Assembly (NCBI GenBank): GCA_965140445.1
Contig: OZ223236.1
Location: 3,200,001 to 3,264,000 of the forward strand
Reading direction: 5' to 3'
From: Candidatus Ozemobacteraceae bacterium
GTDB lineage: Bacteria; Muiribacteriota; Ozemobacteria; Ozemobacterales; Ozemobacteraceae
Length of the DNA stretch: 64,000 bases
Part shown: one piece after another, positions 32,924-42,656 of the stretch
How positions within the stretch are numbered: the first letter of the stretch is position 1
Layout of the letters: every line of letters starts with the position of its first letter
Program-made: the position numbers and the translations under genes
Notes under the pieces: model-generated
The model's input: only the letters and a program-made list of their open reading frames with translations
Told to the model about the DNA's origin: nothing
The model's database searches: none

Positions 32924-34051
32924 TTAGAACATTTCTTTGTAGGCTTTTAGGCTTACTTTACCCAATTTTAATAATGCTGGAAAGATCGAATTGTCAGACT
33001 TTTCAGCATTTTTTATTTTGAAATACCCTCTTAAGTATGAAACGTCTTTTGTATATGCACCTTTGTTAAATGTATTTCTAAGGCCTCTTTTACATCTGGT
33101 TGTAATTCTCCAGGCAATTTCATTGCTTGCTCCAGCTTGTTTTAAAAGCAAAAAGGTTTTATGGAATGAGTTCGTTAAAGACCAGTGAACTCCAAGTACT
33201 CTTAAAGCAAACAGTGGAAGGCCAATTTTAATTTCATGTTTAACCTCGTTAAAAACCGCCAATCCTTCTTCTGTTTCAACATAACCTGGGAAACCAGTTG
33301 TAAAAATTTTTAGCTCTTTTTTGCTTCCATTTTCAGCCCTAACTGCGTGGACACCTATTTCATGTAAAGCTAATCTTTTGGCATCTAATTCAGAAAATCT
33401 GGCACCTGAATTAATTTTAATTTGTTTTTTTGCCGGAGAAACAGAAGCTCTTGCTCCCATGCCATCAGAAATTACAACTTTCCAGTTATCAAGTCCATAA
33501 TCAGCTAAAGAAAGCATTAATAACTTTTTCAACTCTTCCGGAGAATAGATTTTTTCCTCATTTAGCTGTTTTTGATTTTTAATTATCAGTAACGCTTCTA
33601 AAATTAACCAATTTTCTGGAGCAGGATATAGTTTTATTGAATTTTCTGTAAAAACCTGTGAGTCATCAGTTGAAAGCATTTTTGCCTGGATTGTCAGTTG
33701 TTTTGAACATTCATTAAGTAAATTTTTAATCAGACTTTTTCCTGAAATTGATAACTTTTTTTCACTTGCCTTTATAATGTCAGCTGTCAATGAGTTATAA
33801 GAAAAGATAGGGTTATAAATAGAGCCATTTTTTAGAGCTGAAAAGAAATTTTGCTTTTCTTCATTTTGACTTTTGGTTGTTGGGTTTATTCGATTAGAAA
33901 ATGCAATCTTAGATCTTAAATGAAAAAGCTCTTTATCAAATTGCAACTCTTCATTTGAGGGATTAGGGAAATTTTTGGCGATTGCGCCAAATGTTCCTGA
34001 AATAAAGACAAAAAGAAATAATAAGGTGGCTATTTTTGAAAAATAATTCAA
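32924..34051 (-). CDS. DUF1704 family metallopeptidase (HExxxH, MATCAP-like) with signal peptide
   Basis: LALHEIGVH..R.ENG, TEEGLA, RCKRG, YTKDVSYLRG, LGKV. Confidence 0.85.
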   Translation of the reverse strand: MNYFSKIATLLFLFVFISGTFGAIAKNFPNPSNEELQFDKELFHLRSKIAFSNRINPTTKSQNEEKQNFFSALKNGSIYNPIFSYNSLTADIIKASEKKLSISGKSLIKNLLNECSKQLTIQAKMLSTDDSQVFTENSIKLYPAPENWLILEALLIIKNQKQLNEEKIYSPEELKKLLMLSLADYGLDNWKVVISDGMGARASVSPAKKQIKINSGARFSELDAKRLALHEIGVHAVRAENGSKKELKIFTTGFPGYVETEEGLAVFNEVKHEIKIGLPLFALRVLGVHWSLTNSFHKTFLLLKQAGASNEIAWRITTRCKRGLRNTFNKGAYTKDVSYLRGYFKIKNAEKSDNSIFPALLKLGKVSLKAYKEMF

Positions 34052-34111
34052 CTCAGGCCTCTTTAATAGTAGAATTTGGAGATAAACTACAATAAAATGT
34101 AAAAAGAAAAA

Positions 34112-34681
34112 ATGAAAGAAATAAATTTAATTACTCTAAAATGTTCAAATTGCTCAGCTTCTTTAAAATTTTCAGATAAAATAGACCGCTTTATCTGTAA
34201 TTACTGCGGTTCTGAGCAGTTGGTCATGCACAATTCGGATGGTTTTTTCTTTAAAAAATTAGAGAAAAAGATGGCTGACCTTGAGCGAGCCACAGAAAGA
34301 GGAAATGCAGAATTAGCTATTAAAAGGTTAAAGGAAGATTTGGATTCTGCTTTTTTTCAGCTAAAAGGGGTACAAGAAAAAAAAAGCGATCTTATTTTTT
34401 TACTAAATAATAGACGCGAAAATTCTAAGATGGTTTTAATTGGGACTGCTTTCTTGCAAATGGCTATTTTGGCTTTCGATTTTTCTTTTTCAATTTATAT
34501 CGTTTTTCAAGTAATTATAATTTCCACATTTTTTTATCAAATGCGTGTTTTAAATATTGTTCAGGTAGAAGAAGAAAAAGTTGTAAAAGAATTCAGACCT
34601 GAAATTGAAAGAATTTCCAATGAAATCGAGCAAGTGGAAATTAAGATAAGGAAAAAGGTTAAATTCATTGATGGAAAATAA
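34112..34681 (+). CDS. Zinc-ribbon membrane protein, hypothetical
   Basis: CSNC...CNYCG at the N-terminus, then coiled coil and two TM segments. Confidence 0.75.
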   Translation: MKEINLITLKCSNCSASLKFSDKIDRFICNYCGSEQLVMHNSDGFFFKKLEKKMADLERATERGNAELAIKRLKEDLDSAFFQLKGVQEKKSDLIFLLNNRRENSKMVLIGTAFLQMAILAFDFSFSIYIVFQVIIISTFFYQMRVLNIVQVEEEKVVKEFRPEIERISNEIEQVEIKIRKKVKFIDGK

Positions 34682-35141
34682 AGCAATTAATATAGTAAAA
34701 GTCTTAACAGGCGAATACTGGCCTATTGATTTTGAAATTTCTGAAAAAGAAGCTAAAAAGCACCTGGAGGTTCTTGTTAAAGACGACTCTGCCTCTATTG
34801 CCAGAGCAAGAATAAAAAAAATAGGGGATTTGACTTTAAATATAGCCATAATTACAGATTCAGTAGCAATTCACGTTCACCGAACTGGAAAAGAGTTTTA
34901 CAAGATTGTTTCAGGATCAGGAGAAATGCATACTGCTTTTGTTCCCAAAAATACTTCAAGTATAAAAAAAAATGAAATTTCTTTGGTTGAAGTTCAGAAG
35001 GGCGATGTAATCTTAATCCCGGAAAACTACGCACATATGCTAAAAAATACCTGCAAAAATCCATTAATTATATTGTTTATTTGTCCCCAAAGTCACCTTC
35101 AGGATGATGGAGATAGAGAATTTGTTGAGGTGGACTTTTGA
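34671..35141 (+). CDS. Cupin domain protein
   Basis: HVH...EFYKIVSGSG and KGDVILIP...H...N motifs. Confidence 0.85.
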   Translation: MENKAINIVKVLTGEYWPIDFEISEKEAKKHLEVLVKDDSASIARARIKKIGDLTLNIAIITDSVAIHVHRTGKEFYKIVSGSGEMHTAFVPKNTSSIKKNEISLVEVQKGDVILIPENYAHMLKNTCKNPLIILFICPQSHLQDDGDREFVEVDF

Positions 35142-35899
35142 AAATAATTTTAGCTTCCTCTAAAACCATGAAACCAAGAGAAACCTTTTGCGATCCTTGC
35201 GCTACTGTACCAATTTTTAATTCAGAAGCTGAGAAAATAGTAGATTCACTTGGCAAAATGCCTTTAAAAGAACTCTCCGAACTTTTAAAGTGCAACTTAT
35301 CCTTAGCTAAGGGCGCTTTAGACTCATTTCAAAGATTTCAAATTAAAGATGAAAAAAGGTATGCTGCCCTTGCACTATTTAGTGGGCAAGTCTTTTCTCA
35401 AATTGAAGTAGAGAAGATGTCCAGAGATGATTGGGCGTATGCCAGCAAATCAATTATAATTGTTTCTGGTTTATTTGGTTTTTTAAGGAGCACAGACCAA
35501 ATCTTACCCTATCGGCTCGAAATGGCTTCTAAACTTCCTTCCATGGAAACGACGCTAGGAGAGTTTTGGGCAAAAAAGCTAACTTCATCACTTGAGAAAA
35601 ATGAATGTCTTTTTTCCAGGGAAGAAGAAATTTTGAATCTGGCTTCTGAAGAATACTCCCAGCCTTTTAGAAAATCAGACTTAGGTCAAAACCTGGTAAA
35701 AGTTGAATTTTTGGAAAAAGTTGGGGGAAAATTTAAAGTAATCGGTGTACATGCTAAAAAAGCTAGAGGTAAAATGACTAACTATATTATTCAGAATAAA
35801 ATCCAAACCTCAAATGATATTAAAGCCTTTTCTGAAGCAGGTTATGAATTTTCTGAAGAAGAGTCTGAAAAAATGAAAATCGTCTTTTGCAGGAACTAG
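35138..35899 (+). CDS. yaaA: Peroxide stress protein YaaA (DUF328)
   Basis: ILASSKTM, SGLFG.LR..D.I.PYRLEM, NLASEEY, AKKARG.M. Confidence 0.9.
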   Translation: MKIILASSKTMKPRETFCDPCATVPIFNSEAEKIVDSLGKMPLKELSELLKCNLSLAKGALDSFQRFQIKDEKRYAALALFSGQVFSQIEVEKMSRDDWAYASKSIIIVSGLFGFLRSTDQILPYRLEMASKLPSMETTLGEFWAKKLTSSLEKNECLFSREEEILNLASEEYSQPFRKSDLGQNLVKVEFLEKVGGKFKVIGVHAKKARGKMTNYIIQNKIQTSNDIKAFSEAGYEFSEEESEKMKIVFCRN

Positions 35900-35963
35900 A
35901 TTATTTTTTGGACGGATACAGTAATTAGGAACTTAGATAAATAGTAAAAATAGGAGATTTTTT

Positions 35964-37073
35964 TTGAAAAACAAAAGCCTTTATCTACAAATTATGGCTG
36001 TTTTCGCAGGCATATCTTTAATCATGGTATTTGGAATAGGTTTATTAGCTTTTTTTGAAAGTCAAAAGTTGTTGGAAAAGCAATTTCAGGATGATCTAAA
36101 GGAAAAATCCCAAATTATTTATTCAAGCATTGATGAACAGATTAAAATTTCCACCTCTACAATTCAAGCTTTAGCAAATGGCTTAAAGAAGTTTAAGGAA
36201 AAAGACTTTCCTTCTCAGGGAATGCTTGATTTTGCAGTAAAAACCTCCCCGGTTTTTCAGAATATTTACCTGTTTGATCAAGCAGGAAAGGCTTTAGCTG
36301 TTAGCTATAAAGACGGTAGAGATGTATCTGAATATCTGGAAGAAAATTTTAATAATTTTGCCTCTGATCCCAATTTAAAATCAATTTTTGATGATATTAA
36401 CCGGGTTAGATACTCTGGAAAAATGGCTTTCTCAAAAGTCTTTGTCACCCAAAACGGTTCTGTAATGTTTTCTATTATAGCTCCAGTAAAATTTGGCGAA
36501 GAAATATTGGGCATAATCAGTTGTGGTGTGAATCTAAACAATGAGGAATCAGGGCTTCAAAAATTGTTATCTTCCTTAGGTACTTCGAAGAAGGGGTTTA
36601 GTGCAATTATTGGAGAAGACATGGATATTCTTTTAGGAGTTGGAAATGTTCCAGCTAAGAAGGAAATTTCATTACCAAATATAACTCCCTCTGAAAAAAG
36701 TTTTATTCATGGAAATCACATGCTTGTTTATAGAAAGATGGAAAATTGCGGATTGGCTATTTTTACTGGAATTTCTTTGGACGAGATAAATGAACAACTC
36801 AATAGGCTCGGTGCTCAGATATTCTTTTACGCATTATTTATTGTGATTCTGGCTCTGATAGTAGGAAGTATCGCTTCAAGAAAAATAATTGTTCCCATAA
36901 CTGAGTTAGTAAAAGGCCTAAATTGTGTAAAAAATGGAGATCTAAGTTATAAAGTTTCTATTTCTGGTTCTGGTGAAGTAAAGGAAGCTGTAGTCGCATA
37001 TAATGAGCTTGTCCAAAGAATAGAAAAAGATTTGCTTGTAGATAAAATGTGGACGGAACTTTGGAATGGATGA
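35964..37073 (+). CDS. Membrane sensor with extracytoplasmic Cache domain and HAMP, no output domain
   Basis: TM, Cache-like region, TM, then PITELVKG...GDLSYKV...GEV...AYNEL HAMP; ends about 20 aa later. Confidence 0.85.
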   Translation: MKNKSLYLQIMAVFAGISLIMVFGIGLLAFFESQKLLEKQFQDDLKEKSQIIYSSIDEQIKISTSTIQALANGLKKFKEKDFPSQGMLDFAVKTSPVFQNIYLFDQAGKALAVSYKDGRDVSEYLEENFNNFASDPNLKSIFDDINRVRYSGKMAFSKVFVTQNGSVMFSIIAPVKFGEEILGIISCGVNLNNEESGLQKLLSSLGTSKKGFSAIIGEDMDILLGVGNVPAKKEISLPNITPSEKSFIHGNHMLVYRKMENCGLAIFTGISLDEINEQLNRLGAQIFFYALFIVILALIVGSIASRKIIVPITELVKGLNCVKNGDLSYKVSISGSGEVKEAVVAYNELVQRIEKDLLVDKMWTELWNG

Positions 37074-39552
37074 AAAACTATTAATTAAGCATTTCACAAA
37101 GCTAAGCCTGGCGGGATTTATAACAAAAGCAGTTTCTACGCTTGCTGTTATTTTTTCTGTCTCGGTAATTTTTTCCAGCGATTTTGTTTCAAATTTTATC
37201 TCATTTAACCTTATCCTTGCGTCTTTAATGCTGTTCTTTGGTTTTTTTCAATTGCTAAAACCAGTATTTGGTTTCAAAAAGAAAATCCTGGCTTTTTTCT
37301 CTATCCTTACGGGCTGCACTATGTTTATCGCATCGCGAAACTTGGAGTCTTTAACGCATATTTTAACCCTTATCTTTTTCATATCGGCTGTGTATTTTGA
37401 TTCACTCTGTACTTCATTCTATATGGAAAAGTTCAGCAGCAACTTTTCTTTAAAGGAACAAAAAAGATTTTACTATATATTTAATGGTTCTCACTATTTG
37501 GGTGCTGTTTTGGCAGGTATTTCCATCCCATTTTTATTTCAACTTGCAACTTTCAAAACAGGTTTAAATCTGGCTTCAATTTTGTGTTTTCTGGTTCCAG
37601 TAGTAACCTTTTTTTTAACAGATAACCCAAATTCGAAAAAGGAAGAAAGTGGGCTCGCTAAAACTGGAGTTGCCATCAAATCTTTCTTTCAAACAAAAAT
37701 AGGCTTATGGTGGCTTTTGGTTGCATTTATAGCATCCTTAATCTATGCTTTTTCAACAATTCCATTCATTTTTGACAGCCTGTCCAGCATTAACAATTCC
37801 AAGGAAATCGCCTCTTATGTAGGAAAAATTATTGCTTCTGCAGAAGTGTTGATTTTCATGATTTTCGCTTTTATCTTACCTTTCTTTTTAACTCGATTTT
37901 CTCCTCCTTCATTACTTTTAGTTTCTCCGGTGCTTTTGCTTTTCATAGGGACTTTATCTATTTATTTTCCCTTGAAAATCATAAAATTAGGAAATTTTTT
38001 CGTAGCCTACCTAATCTTAAGAACTTTTAATAGAGCTGTTTTTCAGTCTTTTGCTCAATTATTTAAAAATTCCGAACGGCCTTTTGCAAAGATCATAAAT
38101 GGGGAAGTGATTTTCCCTTTTGGGCTTCTTGTAGGATTTCTTTTAATGCATTTTTATCCGGATTTGATTAAGGGAAGTTTTCCATTAAAAACTCTTTTAG
38201 CCCTTGGAAGTTTTTCGCTTCTCCTTGTTTTCGCTGGTAGGAACAAATATTTTCTGGCATTAAGAGAAACATTGGAAAAAAATTCTGAAGAAGATTTTTC
38301 TGATGAGCTGGTTGGTAACTCGGCACTTAGTTTTACGACTGAAAAAGAAAAAATACTTTTGCTGCAGCCAATGCAAAGAAGTGGTGCAATTCTTCGTTTA
38401 GCTCAAAAGTGTCCCAGGAGTGCTGCAAAAATAGTTTTGGAGCTTTTAAAAACAGAGAAAGATGAAAAAGCCCTTTCTACATTAGTTAGAACCTGCGGGC
38501 GTTTGGAGTTTCCCTCAATAAAAATGAAGCTGGAAGAAGTTCTCTATTCTAACGATTCAAGTAGACTTTCTGCTGACGCACTTGAGAGCTTGTATCGAAT
38601 TAATAAAGAAGTTGCTTTAGAGAACGCTCTAAAGTTGCTGTCAACAGATAATAATCGGCTTAAGTCCAACGCTATAATGATTTGTTTAAGAGCTTCAAAT
38701 GAAAAAACTGATATTAAAAATGCTTTAATAAAACTTAAAGAGATGGTTTTCTCCGATAAGCCAGAATTTAGATCAAGCGCATGTGCAATCGTTGGTGAAA
38801 TTAAAAGTAGAGCTGCAATTCCTGCTCTGATAAAACTCTTGAATGATGAAAACGAACAAGTCTTGAAATCGGCTGTTAAAGCTGCTTCTAAGATTAAAAA
38901 TGAAGACCTGGAAAAGTGCCTTAGTAAAGTAAGCGATAGGTCTGAGGAATTAAAAGCTTATGTAAGTAAACAGGTAAAGCTAAATTCAGCAGGCCTTGGA
39001 AAAAACATCACACGTCTACTACAAACTGACGGAAGGGTTACCATGGATCAAGTTGTTTCCTTAATGGGACGCATGAGAAATGAAAAAGAAGTTGAGATTG
39101 CTTACCAGGTGGCTATGAGATTTCCAGGACTTCCAGGCTTCAGAATTTTGGAACAACTTTCTTTTCATTCTAAACTTGGTTTAATTGATGAACTAGAGCA
39201 TTCTTTGATTCCTTTTGGTTTGGATTTTGAAAAAATTTGGTTGATGATCAGTAACTCTGAAAATTTTGAATTAAATGAACTTGGAGTTGCTTGTCTTGGA
39301 GCGGTTGATGAAGAGACTTTCAAGAATGTTGTAAGACGAGCTGTAAAAAGTAAAGTCCAAAATAATGGAAAAGCATTGATTTTTTCTGGAGCAGGAATGC
39401 GAATTTTGGATAGAAAATTAGGGCTCGCGATCTGGGAGAACTTCTCATCAGGAGAAAATCTGCTTTTTGATAAAGGAAACCAATTGATTAAAGAGCTTGA
39501 TTCAGAAAGCGCAAGAGAGCTTTTTTACTGGTTAAAAAAACAGCTAATCTGA
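37066..39552 (+). CDS. MFS-like multi-pass membrane protein with C-terminal HEAT repeats
   Basis: About 12 hydrophobic segments in the first ~390 aa; HEAT-like RLSADALESL, RSSACAIVG, AIPALIKLLNDENEQV. Confidence 0.75.
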   Translation: MDEKLLIKHFTKLSLAGFITKAVSTLAVIFSVSVIFSSDFVSNFISFNLILASLMLFFGFFQLLKPVFGFKKKILAFFSILTGCTMFIASRNLESLTHILTLIFFISAVYFDSLCTSFYMEKFSSNFSLKEQKRFYYIFNGSHYLGAVLAGISIPFLFQLATFKTGLNLASILCFLVPVVTFFLTDNPNSKKEESGLAKTGVAIKSFFQTKIGLWWLLVAFIASLIYAFSTIPFIFDSLSSINNSKEIASYVGKIIASAEVLIFMIFAFILPFFLTRFSPPSLLLVSPVLLLFIGTLSIYFPLKIIKLGNFFVAYLILRTFNRAVFQSFAQLFKNSERPFAKIINGEVIFPFGLLVGFLLMHFYPDLIKGSFPLKTLLALGSFSLLLVFAGRNKYFLALRETLEKNSEEDFSDELVGNSALSFTTEKEKILLLQPMQRSGAILRLAQKCPRSAAKIVLELLKTEKDEKALSTLVRTCGRLEFPSIKMKLEEVLYSNDSSRLSADALESLYRINKEVALENALKLLSTDNNRLKSNAIMICLRASNEKTDIKNALIKLKEMVFSDKPEFRSSACAIVGEIKSRAAIPALIKLLNDENEQVLKSAVKAASKIKNEDLEKCLSKVSDRSEELKAYVSKQVKLNSAGLGKNITRLLQTDGRVTMDQVVSLMGRMRNEKEVEIAYQVAMRFPGLPGFRILEQLSFHSKLGLIDELEHSLIPFGLDFEKIWLMISNSENFELNELGVACLGAVDEETFKNVVRRAVKSKVQNNGKALIFSGAGMRILDRKLGLAIWENFSSGENLLFDKGNQLIKELDSESARELFYWLKKQLI

Positions 39553-39658
39553 AATAATAAAAATTGAAATAGCCTTATGGTGCAATATTTAGGTATAATG
39601 GTTTGTTCTCAAAACGAAGTTTCGGTCTGGGAATATTCTATAATTGTCAGGAGCAGAT

Positions 39659-40609
39659 ATGGGCGAGACACAAGTTATTCGTAGTATTTTTGACTGCGAG
39701 TTTTTAAAGAGTCTGATCGAACGAAATTGGAAAGTTACTGTTGAACAGCTTATCTTCCTTCATCTTGGTTTCAATGATAGCTATCTCGTAAGAACGGACA
39801 AGGGTAAATTTATAGCTCGCCTTTATAAACAAGGGTGGCGTTCTGATTCTGAGATTCTTTCTGAGTTAAAAATATTAGCAGCTCTTCAGAAGAAAAAATT
39901 GCCAGTAGCTTCATTCGTTAGAACAGGCGATGGCGACATGTTTATTACTGTTGATGCGCCTGAAGGTGAAAGACCATTAGTGCTATTCGATTTCATTGAT
40001 GGGGAAATTCCACATCCTTTAACCAAAGAAGATGCAAAGAAGCACGGTGAGTTGCTCCAGGAATTGCATAGTTTTTTAAAGAAAGCTGGTAAAGATCTTG
40101 ATCGTCCAAAGCTAGGTGTTTCTTTTCTTGTAGATGAACCAATTCAAACACTTAACGAAAGTTTTCCAGATAAATTGGATGAAATAGAAGAATTATCAAA
40201 TAATTTGAAAACACTTGTTTCTAAGGTAAATTTCAAAGGAAAAACGCATTTAATTCATGGCGATTTTCTTAGCTCAAACCTTATTTCTAACAAAAAAAAT
40301 CATTCCATTATAGATTTTGATTTCTGCGGTGCAGGTTTACCAGAATACGATCTGGCTACATATCTATGGGGAGTTTATAAAGAACTTCCAGAAAAAGAAG
40401 CTAAAGCTTGTGAAAAAAGCTTCCTGCAAGGTTATGGCATTGAAGTGAACAAAGAATTAACCAGTAAAATAGCTATTCTCAAAGTTCTCAGAGAATTTTG
40501 GGTCTGGGCAATAAATGTTAAAATTGGTTATGACTTCAGGCGTCTTGCTTCATTAAGCTTTGATTTTAATGTTGGGCAGATAAAAGAAAATCTTAAGAAA
40601 TGTAAGTAA
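39659..40609 (+). CDS. Phosphotransferase (APH/homoserine kinase type II family)
   Basis: GFNDSY, ARLY, IHGDFLSSNL, IIDFDFCG, YDLA; AGGAG RBS. Confidence 0.88.
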   Translation: MGETQVIRSIFDCEFLKSLIERNWKVTVEQLIFLHLGFNDSYLVRTDKGKFIARLYKQGWRSDSEILSELKILAALQKKKLPVASFVRTGDGDMFITVDAPEGERPLVLFDFIDGEIPHPLTKEDAKKHGELLQELHSFLKKAGKDLDRPKLGVSFLVDEPIQTLNESFPDKLDEIEELSNNLKTLVSKVNFKGKTHLIHGDFLSSNLISNKKNHSIIDFDFCGAGLPEYDLATYLWGVYKELPEKEAKACEKSFLQGYGIEVNKELTSKIAILKVLREFWVWAINVKIGYDFRRLASLSFDFNVGQIKENLKKCK

Positions 40610-40645
40610 TTGTTTAACCGGCTATAAAAAGAAAGAAGGAAAATA

Positions 40646-41284
40646 ATGTTTTGTCCTAAGTGTAAAGCAGAATTTAGAGAAGGTTTCAGTTTCTGTGCAG
40701 ATTGTAATGCTTCTTTAGTAGAAGAATTGCCAGAATTAGAAGAAGATTCTGAAGAAACTTTTGTTATTGAAGAATATGAAAAACCGGGGCAGGAAATAAG
40801 ATTTTGTCCTGAATGTCAGGAAGTCTATGAAGACGATTTTGAAGAATGCCCTGAATGTGAAGTTGAATTAGAAATAGCGACCAAAGATAATAGACCAGAA
40901 ATGGTAAAAAAAATAGAAGCACAAATTTTACATTTTCAGGGTAGAATCGCCAAGCTAAATAACCTAACAGAAATAGAAGAGGAAAAGGTTTTACTTTTTG
41001 AAACTGATGATATGAACTTTGCTATTTCTGCCATGGAAACCCTCGATAGAAATGGATTAGAATTTGAGTTTCTTGAAGCTGAGAATAGCTTTAATCCTCT
41101 AGGTTTTTTACTTTCGAGCAATAGCCCCACTGAAGAAAAACTTAATAGAGTTTTGGTTCGCGTAAAGGATGAGCAAGCTGCAACAGATTTATTAAATCAA
41201 GCTCCAGAGCTTGGTTTAAATGATATTCCCGAAGAGCTTGCCGATTCCGATTTTGAAGAAGAAGATCCGGAAGAAGATTTCTAA
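40646..41284 (+). CDS. Double zinc-ribbon acidic protein (DUF2007-like C-terminal region)
   Basis: MFCPKCKAEFREGFSFCADC and FCPEC...CPEC; very acidic. Confidence 0.75.
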   Translation: MFCPKCKAEFREGFSFCADCNASLVEELPELEEDSEETFVIEEYEKPGQEIRFCPECQEVYEDDFEECPECEVELEIATKDNRPEMVKKIEAQILHFQGRIAKLNNLTEIEEEKVLLFETDDMNFAISAMETLDRNGLEFEFLEAENSFNPLGFLLSSNSPTEEKLNRVLVRVKDEQAATDLLNQAPELGLNDIPEELADSDFEEEDPEEDF

Positions 41285-41330
41285 ACAATTGGCAATAAGC
41301 CTTGAATAGGTTTATTGCCAATTGTTTTTT
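41283..41330 (+). terminator. Intrinsic terminator
   Basis: AAACAATTGGCAATAAGCC...GGTTTATTGCCAATTGTTT followed by a T run. Confidence 0.8.
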
Positions 41331-41489
41331 ATACTAATAATAAAAAATAAAAGATATAAGCGAGAGATTTTTTAAGCTATTTGGCTATTTTGTTTAATGG
41401 AAATTTTATAGGAATAGAAAGTGTCCTATTTGTTTTTTATAAAACAGATTTTTTTGCTGGTCTAAGCTTTAATAAATGGGAGGAATGTA

Positions 41490-42656
41490 ATGGAAGAAAA
41501 TTTCTTTGAATTAAGAAAGTTTGTTGCCCCGGAATTTATTTTTGGAGTAGGAGCGAGAAATCTTGCTGGCAAATATGCTCGAAACCTTGGAATTCAAAAA
41601 GTTTTAATCGTTACTGATCCCGGTGTAATAAATGCGGGATGGTGTACTGAGTTACAAAATTCCTTGGAAAATGAAGCCATTTCCTATTCTATTTTTTCTG
41701 ATATTACCCCAAATCCCAGAGATCATGAAACTATGGCTGGCGCTAAAGCTTATTTGGAAAATGATTGTAATGGAATAATTGCAATCGGTGGTGGAAGTCC
41801 TATGGATTGCGCTAAAGGCATAGGAATTGCTGTATCCAATGGACAACATGTTTTGGAATTCGAAGGGGTAGATGAAGTTAAAATTCCAGGCCCACCCTTA
41901 ATTTGTATTCCAACAACTTCTGGAACTTCAGCTGACGTTTCTCAATTTGCGATAATTTCTGATACAAAAAGAATGGTCAAAATCGCAATTGTCAGCAAAA
42001 TGGTAGTTCCGGATGTGGCACTTATTGATCCGAAAACTACCACAACCATGCCGAAAGATCTTACCGCATTCACGGGCTTAGATGCATTAACGCATGCAAT
42101 TGAAGCATATTGCTCTAACGCCTCTTCTGTAATAACAGATCTTCATTCTATGGAAGCGACCAGATTAATTCTTGAGAATTTGGAATTAGCATATCAAAAT
42201 CCCCTTGAGATGGTTCCCAGATCAAAAATGACTCTAGGAAGCCTATATGCAGGACTTGCTTTTTCTAATGCAAGCCTTGGTGCTGTACATGCTATGGCTC
42301 ATAGTCTCGGGGGGTTATTGGATTTTCCACATGGTCAAGCAAATGCAATTTTGTTAGATTTGATTGTTGAATTTAACTTTCCAGCAATGCCAGAAAAATT
42401 TAGACGCTTAGCTGCATCAATAGGCTGCAATTCAACAGGATCTGATCAGGAAGTAAAAGATTCCATTGTTGGAAGAATAAGAACCTTTAAAAAAGCTATT
42501 GGAGTAACCCAGACACTTGGTGAATTAGGTTTAAACTCTAATAGTATTCCAGATTTAGCTAAGAATGCGATGCAGGATGCTTGTATTGTTACTAATCCAA
42601 GAATTCCAACTCAAAGGGACATAGAAGAGCTTTATGAAAAGGCCCTTGGAAAATAA
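41490..42656 (+). CDS. ercA: Iron-containing alcohol dehydrogenase-like regulatory protein ErcA
   Basis: ELRKFVAPEFIFG N-terminus; GGGSPMDCAK, TTSGTSADVSQF, DALTHAIEA, FSNASLGAVHAMAHSLGG. Confidence 0.85.
   Translation: MEENFFELRKFVAPEFIFGVGARNLAGKYARNLGIQKVLIVTDPGVINAGWCTELQNSLENEAISYSIFSDITPNPRDHETMAGAKAYLENDCNGIIAIGGGSPMDCAKGIGIAVSNGQHVLEFEGVDEVKIPGPPLICIPTTSGTSADVSQFAIISDTKRMVKIAIVSKMVVPDVALIDPKTTTTMPKDLTAFTGLDALTHAIEAYCSNASSVITDLHSMEATRLILENLELAYQNPLEMVPRSKMTLGSLYAGLAFSNASLGAVHAMAHSLGGLLDFPHGQANAILLDLIVEFNFPAMPEKFRRLAASIGCNSTGSDQEVKDSIVGRIRTFKKAIGVTQTLGELGLNSNSIPDLAKNAMQDACIVTNPRIPTQRDIEELYEKALGK

Noticed and set aside
41283..41330. TTGGCA-containing palindrome upstream of ercA as a sigma-54 site or operator
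   Set aside because: It lacks GG-N10-GC spacing, and its position right after a stop codon with a T tail fits an intrinsic terminator.
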